A stretch of 64,000 bases of DNA from Clostridia bacterium (GCA_045540295.1 JAZQGY010000029.1:22401-86400); one strand, 5' to 3'. Positions 1 through 10,124 are shown, numbered from the stretch's first letter. A program made the numbers and translations. Notes: generated by a model from the letters alone, not told the origin.

Positions 1-1
1 T

Positions 2-691
2 TCCACTTTAGTATTTGATATTCCTGCAACTGCAACTAATTCCGACGATTACGCAATCAAAAACAAATCCATGTTTGAAGACGGCGGCTTATATGATGTG
101 GAAATCTATGATGCAGGCGAAGACTTAACTGCAAAAGTGATTATTGTGAAAAACTCTACCGGTCTGACCAGTAACGAAAGTCCTATTGCGGTTATCAATA
201 AGATTTCTCAGTCCAGAAACGATAAGGGCGAAATCGTAGATAAATTATATGCTGCCCACAACGGTCAGATGATTGCCTTAGAAACCGCTGAAAAGGGTAT
301 TTTAGTAAACGGCGAAGGCGAACAGTTAAAAGCAGGGGATGTGATTCAGTTTAGAACCAATTCCCAGGGTGCGATTGACAAAATCACCGTACTCTTCGAG
401 GTAGCAAACAAAGCAACCGAGTTTTCCAAAACCGACGGCGATATGCGTTTAATCTACGGTAAAGTAGACCGTAAGTTTGCATCCTCTATCAATGTTACCG
501 TAAACGGCGGCAGCGTGGAAAACTTCGCTTTAGACGGCGTGAAGGTAGTGTCTGTGGATACCACCAAATCCTCCACTCAGGTGAAGTTAGCCGATGCAGG
601 CGACATTCAGAAATACGACGCGAAGAGCCCCAGACTGGTGCTGATTCGTGAGTATAAAGATCAGGTTCAGGAAATCGTTATCGTAAGATAA
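2..691 (+). CDS. hypothetical protein, C-terminal fragment (5' end upstream of window)
   Basis: Frame of the 71..691 ORF stays open back to base 2. Stop at 689-691 is followed by a hairpin. No family motif recognised. Confidence 0.55.
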   Translation, partial: STLVFDIPATATNSDDYAIKNKSMFEDGGLYDVEIYDAGEDLTAKVIIVKNSTGLTSNESPIAVINKISQSRNDKGEIVDKLYAAHNGQMIALETAEKGILVNGEGEQLKAGDVIQFRTNSQGAIDKITVLFEVANKATEFSKTDGDMRLIYGKVDRKFASSINVTVNGGSVENFALDGVKVVSVDTTKSSTQVKLADAGDIQKYDAKSPRLVLIREYKDQVQEIVIVR

Positions 692-700
692 TCTCCTAAG

Positions 701-733
701 AAAAAAGGCAGTCATCTGACTGCCTTTACATAT
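701..733 (+). terminator. intrinsic terminator-like hairpin
   Basis: AAGGCAGTCA-tc-TGACTGCCTT (705-726) directly after the stop codon. The T-run is short. Confidence 0.55.
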
Positions 734-764
734 TTTAAAAAATTTTAAAAAAATAAGAAAAATA

Positions 765-792
765 TTGACGAAATTGATAATTATGATATAAT
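765..792 (+). promoter_or_regulatory. sigma-A promoter of the alpha-galactosidase gene
   Basis: TTGACG (765-770), 16-nt spacer, extended -10 TGATATAAT (784-792). Preceded by A/T tracts at 730-760. Confidence 0.6.
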
Positions 793-833
793 GATTATAA
801 CAACTTTTTTGCGTGAACAAGGAGATTTTGGTT

Positions 834-3014
834 ATGAGCATTTCCTATAGTTCCAAAGAACAAATTTTTCATTTACAAACTCCCAACACCAGTTATGTAT
901 TGGGCGTTTTAGACGGTAAACATTTGCTTCATTTATATTATGGAAAACGGATTGATGAATACGCCTCTATTTTAGATAATTTCCCCGTTGCAGGTGAGTT
1001 GGCATTTTCACCCATTGATGTTCCCGAACATTTTATGAGCACTAATATGCTTCCCATGGAATATCCTTGCTACGGTAGTGCGGATTTTCGTACACCCGCC
1101 TTCCATGCAGAATACGAAGACGGTAGCTCTGTAACCTGCTTTGAATACGAAAGCTATAAAATCATCAAAGGCAAAAAGAAACTTGAAGGACTTCCTGCCA
1201 CCTATGTGGAAAATGACAGCGAGGCCGAAACGCTGGAAATCACTCTTTGTGACCGTTTGACCGGCGTGAAAGTGGTACTCTCTTATACTGTTTTTAATCA
1301 AGTGGATGCCATTGCCAAAAGTGTTCGTGTGCAAAATGACGGGAACGGGATTGTTACCTTAAAAAGTGTGCTTTCTTCCACCATTCATCTGTTTGATAAA
1401 AATTATGAGTTTGTGCATTTGGAAGGTGCTTGGGCAAAAGAGAGAAGCATTCAGAAAAGACCGCTTTTAAACGGTTGTATGCAAATTGACAGTAAACGTG
1501 TGACCTCAAGCCATCATCACAGCCCCTTTTTAGCATTGGCAAGACCATATGCCACCGAAACACAGGGAGATGTGTACGGTTTTAGCTTCGTGTATAGCGG
1601 AAACCATTTAGAGCAGGTGGAAGTGAACGAATTTGATACTGCAAGAGTGAATGTAGGAATCAATCCCTTTGGATTCTCCTGGCAGTTAACTCCCGGAGAT
1701 AAATTTCAGGCACCGGAAGTGATTTTAACCTATTCCGATTGTGGCTTCGGTAATATGTCCAGAACCTTCCATAAATTATACCGTACCCGTTTGGTTCGCG
1801 GAAAATACAGAGACGAGAAACGTCCTGTTTTAATCAATAACTGGGAAGCTACATACTTTAATTTTAACGAAGAAAAGATTTTGAAAATTGCCGAAAAAGC
1901 ACAGTCTGTCGGTATTGATTTAATGGTGCTGGATGACGGTTGGTTCGGCAAAAGAAATGATGATAACTGTTCTTTGGGGGACTGGGTTGTTGACAAAAAC
2001 AAATTGCCCGACGGCATTGAAAGCTTAGCCACCAAAGTAAACGAGTTGGGAATGAAATTCGGTCTTTGGTTTGAGCCCGAAATGATTTCCGAAGACAGCG
2101 ATTTATATAGAGCGCACCCCGATTGGTGTATTCACATTGACGGAAGAAAATGTACTCCTGCAAGAAACCAGCTGATGCTGGATTTAACCCGAGAAGAAAT
2201 CCGTGATTATATTGTGGATGCAGTATGTTCTGTATTAAAATCTGCACCCATTTCCTATGTAAAATGGGATATGAACCGTAATGCCACCGAGCTTGGCACC
2301 AAATCTTTACCGCCCCAGCGTCAGCAGGAATTTGCGCACCGCTATGTGTTGGGCATTTATGAAGTGATGGAACGAATCACTTCTGCATTCCCCGATGTGT
2401 TATTTGAAGGATGCTCCGGCGGTGGCGGACGTTTTGATGCCGGTATGCTTTATTATTATCCCCAGTACTGGACCAGCGACAATACCGACGGTGTGGAGCG
2501 TCTTTCCATTCAGCACGGCACTTCTATGGTGATGCCTGCTTCCACCATGGGTGCACACATTTCTGCCGTTCCCAATCATCAGGTAGGAAGAACCACGCCC
2601 CTTACCTTCCGTGGTCACGTTGCGATGGCAGGTCAGTTCGGTTATGAATTGGATTTAAACACTTTATCCGACGAGGAAATCGAAATTGTAAAAGAACAGG
2701 TGAAACTGTATAAAGATATTCGTGATATCATTCAGAGAGGGGAACTCTACCGTCTGGCAAGTCCCTTTGAAGGAAACAATACTTCCTGGGAATATGTGCA
2801 CGAAGACAGAGTTGTTCTCACTTACTACACCATCCGTGCAAGAAGCACCACAGGGAAAACCAATGTGAAACTTTGCGGTTTGGATGAAACCGCAAAATAT
2901 ACGGAAACAACCGGCGGTAAAACCTACAGCGGTTCTTACCTAATGAATGTGGGTCTTTATTTTGAAGATAAAAAGGATTATTCTTCCACCATGCTGATTT
3001 TCCAAAAACAATAA
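834..3014 (+). CDS. alpha-galactosidase, GH36 family
   Basis: Full-length ORF with GH36-type motifs YVKWDMNR and CSGGGGRFD. I prefer the ATG at 834 (GGAG 9 nt upstream) over the GTG at 813. Confidence 0.88.
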   Translation: MSISYSSKEQIFHLQTPNTSYVLGVLDGKHLLHLYYGKRIDEYASILDNFPVAGELAFSPIDVPEHFMSTNMLPMEYPCYGSADFRTPAFHAEYEDGSSVTCFEYESYKIIKGKKKLEGLPATYVENDSEAETLEITLCDRLTGVKVVLSYTVFNQVDAIAKSVRVQNDGNGIVTLKSVLSSTIHLFDKNYEFVHLEGAWAKERSIQKRPLLNGCMQIDSKRVTSSHHHSPFLALARPYATETQGDVYGFSFVYSGNHLEQVEVNEFDTARVNVGINPFGFSWQLTPGDKFQAPEVILTYSDCGFGNMSRTFHKLYRTRLVRGKYRDEKRPVLINNWEATYFNFNEEKILKIAEKAQSVGIDLMVLDDGWFGKRNDDNCSLGDWVVDKNKLPDGIESLATKVNELGMKFGLWFEPEMISEDSDLYRAHPDWCIHIDGRKCTPARNQLMLDLTREEIRDYIVDAVCSVLKSAPISYVKWDMNRNATELGTKSLPPQRQQEFAHRYVLGIYEVMERITSAFPDVLFEGCSGGGGRFDAGMLYYYPQYWTSDNTDGVERLSIQHGTSMVMPASTMGAHISAVPNHQVGRTTPLTFRGHVAMAGQFGYELDLNTLSDEEIEIVKEQVKLYKDIRDIIQRGELYRLASPFEGNNTSWEYVHEDRVVLTYYTIRARSTTGKTNVKLCGLDETAKYTETTGGKTYSGSYLMNVGLYFEDKKDYSSTMLIFQKQ

Positions 3015-3034
3015 ATAGAGCGATACTAAAAAAT

Positions 3035-3068
3035 AAAAATGCTGACCAAATCGGTCAGCATTTTTTTA
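3035..3068. terminator. bidirectional intrinsic terminator
   Basis: ATGCTGACC-aaatc-GGTCAGCAT flanked by an A-run and a T-run. Lies between convergent genes. Confidence 0.8.
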
Positions 3069-3069
3069 T

Positions 3070-3783
3070 TTATTTGTTCTTCGCAATATCTTTTATCACT
3101 TCGCCGGCGATGATGAGTCCGGCAACCGAGGGGACAAAGGCAACGCTTCCGGGAGCTTTTCGTCCGGTGATCCCTTTATCTTCATCGTCGTTATCATATT
3201 GGGGGATGAGCGGTTCTTCTTTGGAATATACCACTTTTAAGCTGTTGATTCCCCGTTTTCTGAGCTCTTGCCGCATCACTCTTGCCAAAGGACAAACCGA
3301 GGTTTTGGAAATATCCGTCACTTCCAATTTCGTGGGGTCTAATTTATTGCCTGTTCCCATAGAAGAAATGATGGGAATATGCAATTTGTGTGCCGTTTCA
3401 ATTAAGTGAAGCTTGGCGGTCACCGTGTCAATGGCGTCCACGATATAGTCAATACCTGAAAAATCAAAGTCGGTTTCAGGCAGATAAAACTCAGTTTTTA
3501 AATGCACTGTTGCATTGGGATTGATGGATAAAATCCGTTTTTTGGATACCTCTGTTTTATACTGTCCCAAGGTGTCTTGGGTTGCAATCAGCTGACGGTT
3601 TAAATTGGTGAGTGATACCGTGTCATTATCCACCAATGTGAAAGTTCCAATACCGCTACGGCATAAGGCTTCCACTGTATAAGAACCCACTCCGCCTAAG
3701 CCAAACACAGCCACATGAGTATTCTTCAGTTTTGCTACGCCGTCTTTTCCGAGCAGTAATTCTGTGCGGGAAAACTGGTCCAT
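3070..3783 (-). CDS. tcdA: tRNA threonylcarbamoyladenosine dehydratase (ThiF/MoeB-fold, TcdA/CsdL-like)
   Basis: GLGGVGS Rossmann motif, LVDNDTVSLTNLNRQ, DAIDTV. Collinear with E. coli TcdA as I recall it. GGAGGA RBS. Confidence 0.78.
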   Translation of the reverse strand: MDQFSRTELLLGKDGVAKLKNTHVAVFGLGGVGSYTVEALCRSGIGTFTLVDNDTVSLTNLNRQLIATQDTLGQYKTEVSKKRILSINPNATVHLKTEFYLPETDFDFSGIDYIVDAIDTVTAKLHLIETAHKLHIPIISSMGTGNKLDPTKLEVTDISKTSVCPLARVMRQELRKRGINSLKVVYSKEEPLIPQYDNDDEDKGITGRKAPGSVAFVPSVAGLIIAGEVIKDIAKNK

Positions 3784-3786
3784 AAA

Positions 3787-4647
3787 TCATTCCTCCAGGG
3801 GAGTTTTTTCGGTGAATTTGAAGATTTGTTTCATTTGTTTTTTCGTATCATCATAACCGATTTTCCAAACAGCTTTCAGCTGCTCAGGATTTTTTTCAAA
3901 CCGTCCTACCGGGAGAGGAGAATCTGGTGCAATGATAAACGCTTTCCCTTCTTTTTCCAGTTGTTCCAAATAGGAGAGAGTTTCATTATACATTTCGTGA
4001 CGGTGATCCATAGCTTCCACTAATTTGGGATATTTTTTGTACATTCTTTTATAAATACTACGGAATTTTTCCGGTTTTTTAATAAAGCCCCGTTCTCTTG
4101 TTAAAATTACGATAATTTTGTCGCAACCGTCCTCCAAAGCTTTTTTCACGGGGATGGAATCTGTCACGCCACCGTCTAAGTATTTGCCGCCTTGGTACTC
4201 CACAATGGGGGCAAACACAGGCAGGGAAGAGGAAGCACGAAGTACAATGTTTTTCGGCTCAATATGTGATTTATCAAAATATTTGGCACGTCCTGTGATG
4301 ACATCTGTCACCCCAATCGTGAACTCGCAAGAGGAGTTGAAAAACGCGTCATAATCAAAAGGAATCAGTTTATTTGGAATTTCATCAAACAGAAAATTCA
4401 TACCGAATAATGATTTTGTTTTGATGTAGTTTTTTACACTTAAATAACGGCTGTCGGCAATGTATTCGGTATTGGTTCGGAAAGCCCGACCTTTTTGTCC
4501 CGACACATAGGAGGACCCATTGCAGGCACCTGCAGACACGCCGATTACATAATCGGCGCGGAAGTTTTCATCCATCAGGCAGTCTAATACACCGATGGTG
4601 TAAATTCCACGCATTCCGCCGCCTTCCAAAACCAGTCCGATTTTCAT
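3787..4647 (-). CDS. patatin-like phospholipase
   Basis: GGGMRG oxyanion motif, GVSAGA nucleophile elbow and DGG near the C-terminus. The ATG at 4647 has AAAGGA 9 nt upstream; an alternative ATG lies at 4656. Confidence 0.82.
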   Translation of the reverse strand: MKIGLVLEGGGMRGIYTIGVLDCLMDENFRADYVIGVSAGACNGSSYVSGQKGRAFRTNTEYIADSRYLSVKNYIKTKSLFGMNFLFDEIPNKLIPFDYDAFFNSSCEFTIGVTDVITGRAKYFDKSHIEPKNIVLRASSSLPVFAPIVEYQGGKYLDGGVTDSIPVKKALEDGCDKIIVILTRERGFIKKPEKFRSIYKRMYKKYPKLVEAMDHRHEMYNETLSYLEQLEKEGKAFIIAPDSPLPVGRFEKNPEQLKAVWKIGYDDTKKQMKQIFKFTEKTPLEE

Positions 4648-4665
4648 AGGAAACATTCCTTTCTC

Positions 4666-5166
4666 TTAAAATTTAAATTTCCGTAAACGAATGGCATAAA
4701 ACTGAATACCCCGTTCCAATACGTTATCATACAGCACAAATACAGCAAGCAGCAGCACGTATAACAGCCACAATGCATCTTCAAAGGGGGCAAACTGCAC
4801 CATAATAAAATATGCAATTATCGATAACACGCTTACCCACAGCAATTTAACAATCCAACGGATGGGTTTGGAGAACACTTTGTGATCCACAATATGCTTT
4901 ACGATGGGGTAGTGGGTAATAATCACGGTGTAGCCAATCATGGTTACAAAATCAGCTACCAACAAAAATCCCAGCAGTGTAATGACCGCACAGGTGGAAA
5001 TTCCGTAACGAATACCGCATTCTTCCGTAGCAATATAGGTAAAAAACGTGGAGAACAGAAAGAAAAATGCCGTTACGGTTGGTAAAATATTGGTGATAAT
5101 AAGAGACAATGCTCCCAAAGCGGAGAGCATTGCACAAAAGGTTATTTTTTTCGTTGTTTTTGCCAT
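4666..5166 (-). CDS. polytopic membrane protein, function unknown (ECF S-component-like size and topology)
   Basis: About 5 hydrophobic segments. Start trimmed to MAKTTKK (AGGAAGGA RBS) because the longer ORF overlaps the upstream gene. Confidence 0.5.
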   Translation of the reverse strand: MAKTTKKITFCAMLSALGALSLIITNILPTVTAFFFLFSTFFTYIATEECGIRYGISTCAVITLLGFLLVADFVTMIGYTVIITHYPIVKHIVDHKVFSKPIRWIVKLLWVSVLSIIAYFIMVQFAPFEDALWLLYVLLLAVFVLYDNVLERGIQFYAIRLRKFKF

Positions 5167-5177
5167 AATATTCCTTC

Positions 5178-5789
5178 CTAACAACAAGAAATCAAGTCGC
5201 CACCCATCATTTCGCAGCAACAGTCTGCACACAACAGATTGCTGCAGCAATCGCAGGTGCTCATACCACCGCCGTAACCGTAGGTGTTACCGGTTTGCTG
5301 ATAGGTCTGTTGGCGGCGGGATACACTGTTTAGCATATTGCGGTATTCCATGTTCATAGGGTCCATGTTTACAGCAGTCTGCAGATGTTGAATCCCTTCA
5401 AAATGCCAGCCTTTGTTCAAGTAAATAACGCCGGTTAAAAAGTGCCATTCTGCAGAACCGTTGTTGTTTCGGCTTAATTCTGCTTCCGCTTCCTGAAAAC
5501 GGCGTTGGCGAATGAGGTTTCGAACATTGGTGAAATTCGAATTGGAAGAATATCCTCCTGCACCGGAATAGCTGTTGGAAGAGTAGTTTGCATTGCCACG
5601 ACTTCCGCGTTCCTTATTAATCTGGTCGTAAGCCTGGTTGATTTCCTGCAGCTTTTCTTTGGCAAGGTCTTCCAACGGATTGTCTTTGTATTTATCGGGA
5701 TGATATTTTTTTACCAGCTCCCGATATGCTTTTTTAATAGTTTCGTCGCTATCGGAGGGATTCACTCCTAAAATTTCATAGGGATTCAT
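5178..5789 (-). CDS. J-domain (DnaJ-like) protein with TPR-like middle and C-terminal cysteine string
   Basis: N-terminal YEILGV...[16 protein letters not shown]-domain signature with HPD. C-terminus is [34 protein letters not shown] before the ATG at 5789. Confidence 0.8.
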   Translation of the reverse strand: MNPYEILGVNPSDSDETIKKAYRELVKKYHPDKYKDNPLEDLAKEKLQEINQAYDQINKERGSRGNANYSSNSYSGAGGYSSNSNFTNVRNLIRQRRFQEAEAELSRNNNGSAEWHFLTGVIYLNKGWHFEGIQHLQTAVNMDPMNMEYRNMLNSVSRRQQTYQQTGNTYGYGGGMSTCDCCSNLLCADCCCEMMGGDLISCC

Positions 5790-5841
5790 AGTTGTCTCCT
5801 TTTTTGGGGGAAATATGTTAAGAACGGCAGCTATCAACAAA

Positions 5842-6654
5842 TTAAAATTTTTCCACCGTTTTGCGAAGTCCCAGATAAATAATGTTATCCAAAATCTCCT
5901 TGTTTTTATAAATCTTTAAAAGCTCATATGCGTTGGCGATTTCGCTTAATGTATAGGTAAGGGCAGGAACAAGCTCGTTTTTTACGTTTTCTTTTTGCAC
6001 CTTGTTTTTGCTTCTTGCCAGAAATGGATTATAGTTTTTCTTTTTCTGGTCATGTTCCAAATCCATATAAGCATCGGTAAAATAGATGAACCGACCAATG
6101 TGGTAACCCAGGGTTTTTAAAGCCAAATTATCATCATTACGGTCAAAAATTGCTTCGGTCAGTTTTCCGAAACAGTCTGCAACTTCATCTGCCACTGCAC
6201 AGTTTTTTTGTTCCAGCTCGCTCAGCCTTTTTAGGTTTTCCCGAATAGCATTTGCTTGTTTGGGGTGTTTTTTTTGTACCCTTTTCATCGGAAAATAGTA
6301 CCACAGACGTGCAAAGCTTTTGAAGGACTTTTCATCGTCCCAGTCATCTTTCAATTTATAGTAGGTGAGAAGTACCGACATATCAGCACTGTAGCGGATT
6401 CCCTCATCCTCTGAAATCACAGGACGACGGGTGATAGGATGCGCAACACACGGTTGGCGTTTTAGTGTGATTTCATTTTTGTTCAGGGAAGATATTAAAA
6501 TAGCAAGGAAGGTCATATCATAGCTTAATCCAAATCGGGTCAGTTGATTAAATTGTTTTCCAAGCATTTTACAAAGACCGCAATAGTATCCGCGAAACAC
6601 ATTGTAATCACAGACTCTTAATAGGTCCGTATGTGCATTTACATATCCAAACAT
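5842..6654 (-). CDS. DUF5685-like protein (MFGYV... N-terminus, YCGLCK motif)
   Basis: Start MFGYVNAH with GGAGAAGG RBS. The family call is from memory of DUF5685 N-termini. Stop lies 1 nt upstream of the extended ORF of the J-protein gene. Confidence 0.55.
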   Translation of the reverse strand: MFGYVNAHTDLLRVCDYNVFRGYYCGLCKMLGKQFNQLTRFGLSYDMTFLAILISSLNKNEITLKRQPCVAHPITRRPVISEDEGIRYSADMSVLLTYYKLKDDWDDEKSFKSFARLWYYFPMKRVQKKHPKQANAIRENLKRLSELEQKNCAVADEVADCFGKLTEAIFDRNDDNLALKTLGYHIGRFIYFTDAYMDLEHDQKKKNYNPFLARSKNKVQKENVKNELVPALTYTLSEIANAYELLKIYKNKEILDNIIYLGLRKTVEKF

Positions 6655-6790
6655 AACCTTCTCCGATGTTTTTATTCGCCGAATATCCATAAATATCCAT
6701 TGTAATGTTATTATTGTAACATATGTTTGTGAACATTGCAAGAATTTTTAGAAATTTTAAAGCAAATCACCAGTGATTGGAATGAAAATG

Positions 6791-6819
6791 AAAAAAGCAC
6801 TTCCAAAGAAGTGCTTTTT
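6791..6819 (-). terminator. intrinsic terminator after the tRNA pair
   Basis: AAGCACTTC-tttg-GAAGTGCTT followed by a T-run on the minus strand. Confidence 0.75.
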
Positions 6820-6821
6820 CG

Positions 6822-6897
6822 TGGTGGGAACAATAGGGCTCGAACCTATGACCCTCTGCTTGTAAGGCAGATGCTCTCCCAGCTGAGCTATGCTCCC
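6822..6897 (-). tRNA. tRNA-Val (anticodon TAC)
   Basis: Minus strand reads GGGAGCATAGCTCAGCTGGGAGAGCATCTGCCTTACAAGCAGAGGGTCATAGGTTCGAGCCCTATTGTTCCCACCA. Cloverleaf with encoded CCA. Confidence 0.93.
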
Positions 6898-6900
6898 ATA

Positions 6901-6977
6901 TGGTAGCGGTAGACGGATTTGAACCATCGACACTGCGGGTATGAACCGCATGCTCTAGCCAACTGAGCTATACCGCC
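6901..6977 (-). tRNA. tRNA-Met, elongator type (anticodon CAT)
   Basis: Minus strand reads GGCGGTATAGCTCAGTTGGCTAGAGCATGCGGTTCATACCCGCAGTGTCGATGGTTCAAATCCGTCTACCGCTACCA. Resembles Firmicute elongator Met. Ile2-lysidine identity is not excluded. Confidence 0.85.
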
Positions 6978-7016
6978 ATATTGTAACATTAGCTTTTTCA
7001 TTCGCCAACGGATGAT

Positions 7017-7045
7017 ATTATAGCAAACAAGAAACAAAATGTCAA
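7017..7045 (-). promoter_or_regulatory. sigma-A promoter for the tRNA-Met/tRNA-Val unit
   Basis: Minus strand TTGACA (7045-7040), 17-nt spacer, TATAAT (7022-7017). A/T tracts lie upstream. Confidence 0.75.
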
Positions 7046-7186
7046 GTATTTTTTGATAAAATTTTTAGAAATTTTTCTTTTTTCATGGAAAAATTATTTT
7101 TTCGTTTTGTTTAGCTGAAAAGATTGTGAAATGAATATAAAAATACCTTTGTTTCACAAAGAAGACAAAGGTATTTTTGATGATAA

Positions 7187-7903
7187 CTATTTTCGTTCTT
7201 TTTGTTCTTTTTGTTTTTTGAAAAACTGTTGTTCCGGTTGTGATGCTTTTAAATAACGAATGGATATATCTGCATAGGAAACAGTGTTTTTGTTTGCAAT
7301 TTTCCGCATTGCCGCAACCCCTACGGAGGAGGCTCTTTGCAAGACCAAATGCGCTGGAGCGAATACGGCTTTTTTCGGTAATGCTTTTTGGATAACATCT
7401 CGATAGTTTACCGCACCGTCTCCCAAAAACAGCACCTTGCCCCGATGTTCTTTGAAAAATGCAAATAATTCAGTTAACGGTAGGGGAGTATCTTCCATCA
7501 TTTTTATACCGTCTTTATAAATTGCTGCATACACTTCCTGCCGTCTGGCATCCAACATCGGACAAATATATCCCGAAAAGTGGGGGACATTTTCCGCAAG
7601 GGCATCCAAGGTGGAAATTTCAACCAAGGGTTTGTTTACGGCGTGTGCCAATCCTTTCATGGTAGCCACACCGATGCGAAGTCCGGTGAAAGAGCCGGGT
7701 CCGTTGGTAACGGCAAAATAGTCCAGTTCGTTAAGCTCTCTTTTGGTTTCTTTAAGCAAGGATTCTACCAACGGTAAAAAACCTTCGGAATGGGTTAATC
7801 CGATATTTTTAGTATATTCCGCAATCATTATGCCGTTTTCGTAAAGAGCAACCGTTGCGGTTTTGGCAGAAGTGTCTGCCGCAAGTATTCTACAGTTCTT
7901 CAA
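7187..7903 (-). CDS. tsaB: tRNA t6A biosynthesis protein TsaB (YeaZ)
   Basis: ILAADTS N-terminus and GPGSFTGLRIG motif. Overlaps tsaE by 14 nt. Confidence 0.85.
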   Translation of the reverse strand: MKNCRILAADTSAKTATVALYENGIMIAEYTKNIGLTHSEGFLPLVESLLKETKRELNELDYFAVTNGPGSFTGLRIGVATMKGLAHAVNKPLVEISTLDALAENVPHFSGYICPMLDARRQEVYAAIYKDGIKMMEDTPLPLTELFAFFKEHRGKVLFLGDGAVNYRDVIQKALPKKAVFAPAHLVLQRASSVGVAAMRKIANKNTVSYADISIRYLKASQPEQQFFKKQKEQKERK

Positions 7904-8309
7904 TGGTAATAATCCTCTCGTCTTCCCGGTCGGTATGTTGAATAGTAAGTTTGGTTACGGGATAATCTTTCAGTATTTCTGCTGCAACCAGAGGCCATTC
8001 AATGATATTAATTCTGCCGGATTCTAAGTATTCGGTAAAGCCCATATCATATAGCTCATCTTCTGAAGAAATCCGATACAAATCGAAATGATTAATGGGT
8101 GGATTGGTAGGGTATTCATTCACCAAGGTAAAGGTGGGACTGCATCCGCCTGACGAAAAGCCAAGGCCAAATAAAAGACCGTTTACAAAGGTGGTTTTTC
8201 CTGCACCAAGATCACCTTCCAACAGAATAATCTGGTTGGGTTTTAGTTTTTTTGCAAAGTCCGCCGCAAAGCGGGTTGTTTCTTCATAAGAATGAGAACA
8301 AAACTCCAT
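7890..8309 (-). CDS. tsaE: tRNA t6A biosynthesis ATPase TsaE (YjeE)
   Basis: Walker A GDLGAGKTT and HFDLYR motif. Size about 139 aa. Confidence 0.85.
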   Translation of the reverse strand: MEFCSHSYEETTRFAADFAKKLKPNQIILLEGDLGAGKTTFVNGLLFGLGFSSGGCSPTFTLVNEYPTNPPINHFDLYRISSEDELYDMGFTEYLESGRINIIEWPLVAAEILKDYPVTKLTIQHTDREDERIITIEEL

Positions 8310-8342
8310 AGCTAGAAAAGCACTCCTTTTTGGGGATGGGAA

Positions 8343-10010
8343 TTAGAAAAGCCCGGAAATATTGCCGTTTTCGTCTACATCAATTTTTTCGTAAGCGGGC
8401 ACCTTTGGTAAACCGGGCATGGTCATAATCTTACCGGTTAAAACCACGATAAAGCCTGCACCTGCAGAAAGACGAACTTCGGAAACGGTTAAATCAAAAT
8501 CGGTGGGAGCACCCAATTGAGTGGGGTCATCTGAGAAGGAATACTGGGTTTTGGCCATACACACAGGCAGGTTTCCGTAGCCGTTTTCTTTTAAAGTTTG
8601 GATGGCTTTTTCTGCCTGCTTAGTAATGATAATGTCTTTTGCACCGTAAATTTCTTTTGCAATGGTTCTGATTTTATCTTCCACAGATAAATCCAACTCA
8701 TAAATGGGGTGGAAGTCGGAGTCGCCTTCGCAAGCTTCCATAATAGCATTGGCTAAGTCGATGCCGCCTTCGCCGCCTTTTGCAAACACTTCGCTGCGAA
8801 CACACTTGGTGTCATACTTTTTGCAGCATTCTTCAATAACTGCGAATTCGTTTTGGGTGTCAGTATCAAAAGAGTTGATGGCAACCACGGTTTTTAATCC
8901 GAATTTTCTCATATTGACAATGTGACGTTCTAAGTTTACAATTCCTTTTTTCAAAGCTTCCACATTTTCTGCTTTTAAGTCGGTTTTTGCAACGCCGCCG
9001 TTATATTTTAATGCACGAACAGTTGCCACAATTACCACGCAATCGGGTTTTAAGCCTGCTTTTCTGCATTTGATATCCAAGAATTTTTCAGCGCCCAGGT
9101 CAGCACCAAAGCCTGCTTCCGTAATGGTATAATCTGCCATTTTTAATGCCAGTTTTGTTGCAATAATACTGTTGCAGCCGTGAGCAATATTGGCAAAAGG
9201 TCCGCCGTGAATGAAGCAAGGAGAGTTCTCTAAAGTTTGCACTAAGTTGGGTTTAATTGCATCTTTTAACAGTGCGGTCAAAGCGCCTTCCACTTTTAAG
9301 TCTTTTACCTTTACCGGCTGATTTTGATAGTTATATCCAATCACGATTTCGGAAAGCTTGTTTTTTAAGTCTGTCATATCTTCTGCCAGACAGAATACTG
9401 CCATAATTTCGCTGGCAACGGTAATAGAGAAACCGTCTTCACGGGTAACGCCGTCCACTTCGCTGCCTAAACCGATTACGGTATTACGAAGAGCACGGTC
9501 ATTCATATCTACAACACGTTTGATGAGAATTTTTTTAGGATGAATGCCTAAGGCGTTGCCCTGATGCAGATGGTTGTCTACCGCTGCACAAAGCAGGTTG
9601 TTTGCTGCACCAATTGCGTGAAAATCACCGGTAAAATGCAGGTTGATATCTTCCATGGGAACCACCTGGGCATAACCGCCGCCTGCAGCACCGCCTTTTA
9701 CACCAAAAACAGGACCCAAAGAGGGTTCACGAAGGGCAATCATAGCGTTCTTTCCTAATTTTTGGAATGCCTGACCGATTCCCACGGTAGTGGTGGTTTT
9801 TCCTTCTCCGGCGGGAGTGGGGTTGATGGCAGTTACTAAAATCAGTTTTCCGTCTTTTTTATTCTGCTGTTTTTTGATAAAATCAAAGGAAATCTTTGCT
9901 TTGTATTTGCCGTAGCATTCTAAATCGTCTTCCGAAATTCCGATTTGTTTTGCAATTTCGGTGATGGGCTTCATGGCAGCTTTTTGAGCAATTTCGATAT
10001 CTGTTAACAT
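8343..10010 (-). CDS. fhs: formate--tetrahydrofolate ligase
   Basis: 555 aa with [14 protein letters not shown]-loop and typical Fhs N- and C-termini. Confidence 0.95.
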   Translation of the reverse strand: MLTDIEIAQKAAMKPITEIAKQIGISEDDLECYGKYKAKISFDFIKKQQNKKDGKLILVTAINPTPAGEGKTTTTVGIGQAFQKLGKNAMIALREPSLGPVFGVKGGAAGGGYAQVVPMEDINLHFTGDFHAIGAANNLLCAAVDNHLHQGNALGIHPKKILIKRVVDMNDRALRNTVIGLGSEVDGVTREDGFSITVASEIMAVFCLAEDMTDLKNKLSEIVIGYNYQNQPVKVKDLKVEGALTALLKDAIKPNLVQTLENSPCFIHGGPFANIAHGCNSIIATKLALKMADYTITEAGFGADLGAEKFLDIKCRKAGLKPDCVVIVATVRALKYNGGVAKTDLKAENVEALKKGIVNLERHIVNMRKFGLKTVVAINSFDTDTQNEFAVIEECCKKYDTKCVRSEVFAKGGEGGIDLANAIMEACEGDSDFHPIYELDLSVEDKIRTIAKEIYGAKDIIITKQAEKAIQTLKENGYGNLPVCMAKTQYSFSDDPTQLGAPTDFDLTVSEVRLSAGAGFIVVLTGKIMTMPGLPKVPAYEKIDVDENGNISGLF

Positions 10011-10124
10011 CTTTTAAACACCTTCCTGTATGTTTTGTTGAATTGTTGGGACGAAGATGACCGAATGTTAACAGGTAAAACCACCGAAGCAAAGCCGTTC
10101 GGACATAAATCCCATACACCGTTT

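Noticed and set aside
1008-2618. Several 69-127-aa minus-strand ORFs (1008..1334, 1354..1563, 1730..2035, 1864..2247, 2400..2618) inside the GH36 gene
   Set aside because: They are entirely antisense to a full-length, motif-supported CDS. They have no RBS and a biased composition. The same reasoning applies to the antisense ORFs inside fhs, the 1440-aa gene, glgB, glgP, feoB (50339..50809), pheT and others.
6757-6951. 64-aa minus-strand ORF
   Set aside because: It is the translation of the tRNA-Val and tRNA-Met genes and their terminator.
10011-10124. Possible ZTP (pfl) or THF riboswitch in the ~105-nt fhs leader. The leader has a CCGAA...TTCGG hairpin and an alternative pairing ATGTCCGAA/TTCGGTCAT.
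   Set aside because: I could not find the conserved cores, neither the GGGTCGTGACTGGCG...CCGCCTGGGCA of ZTP nor the THF-I junction sequence. The hairpins alone are not diagnostic. cmscan would settle it.
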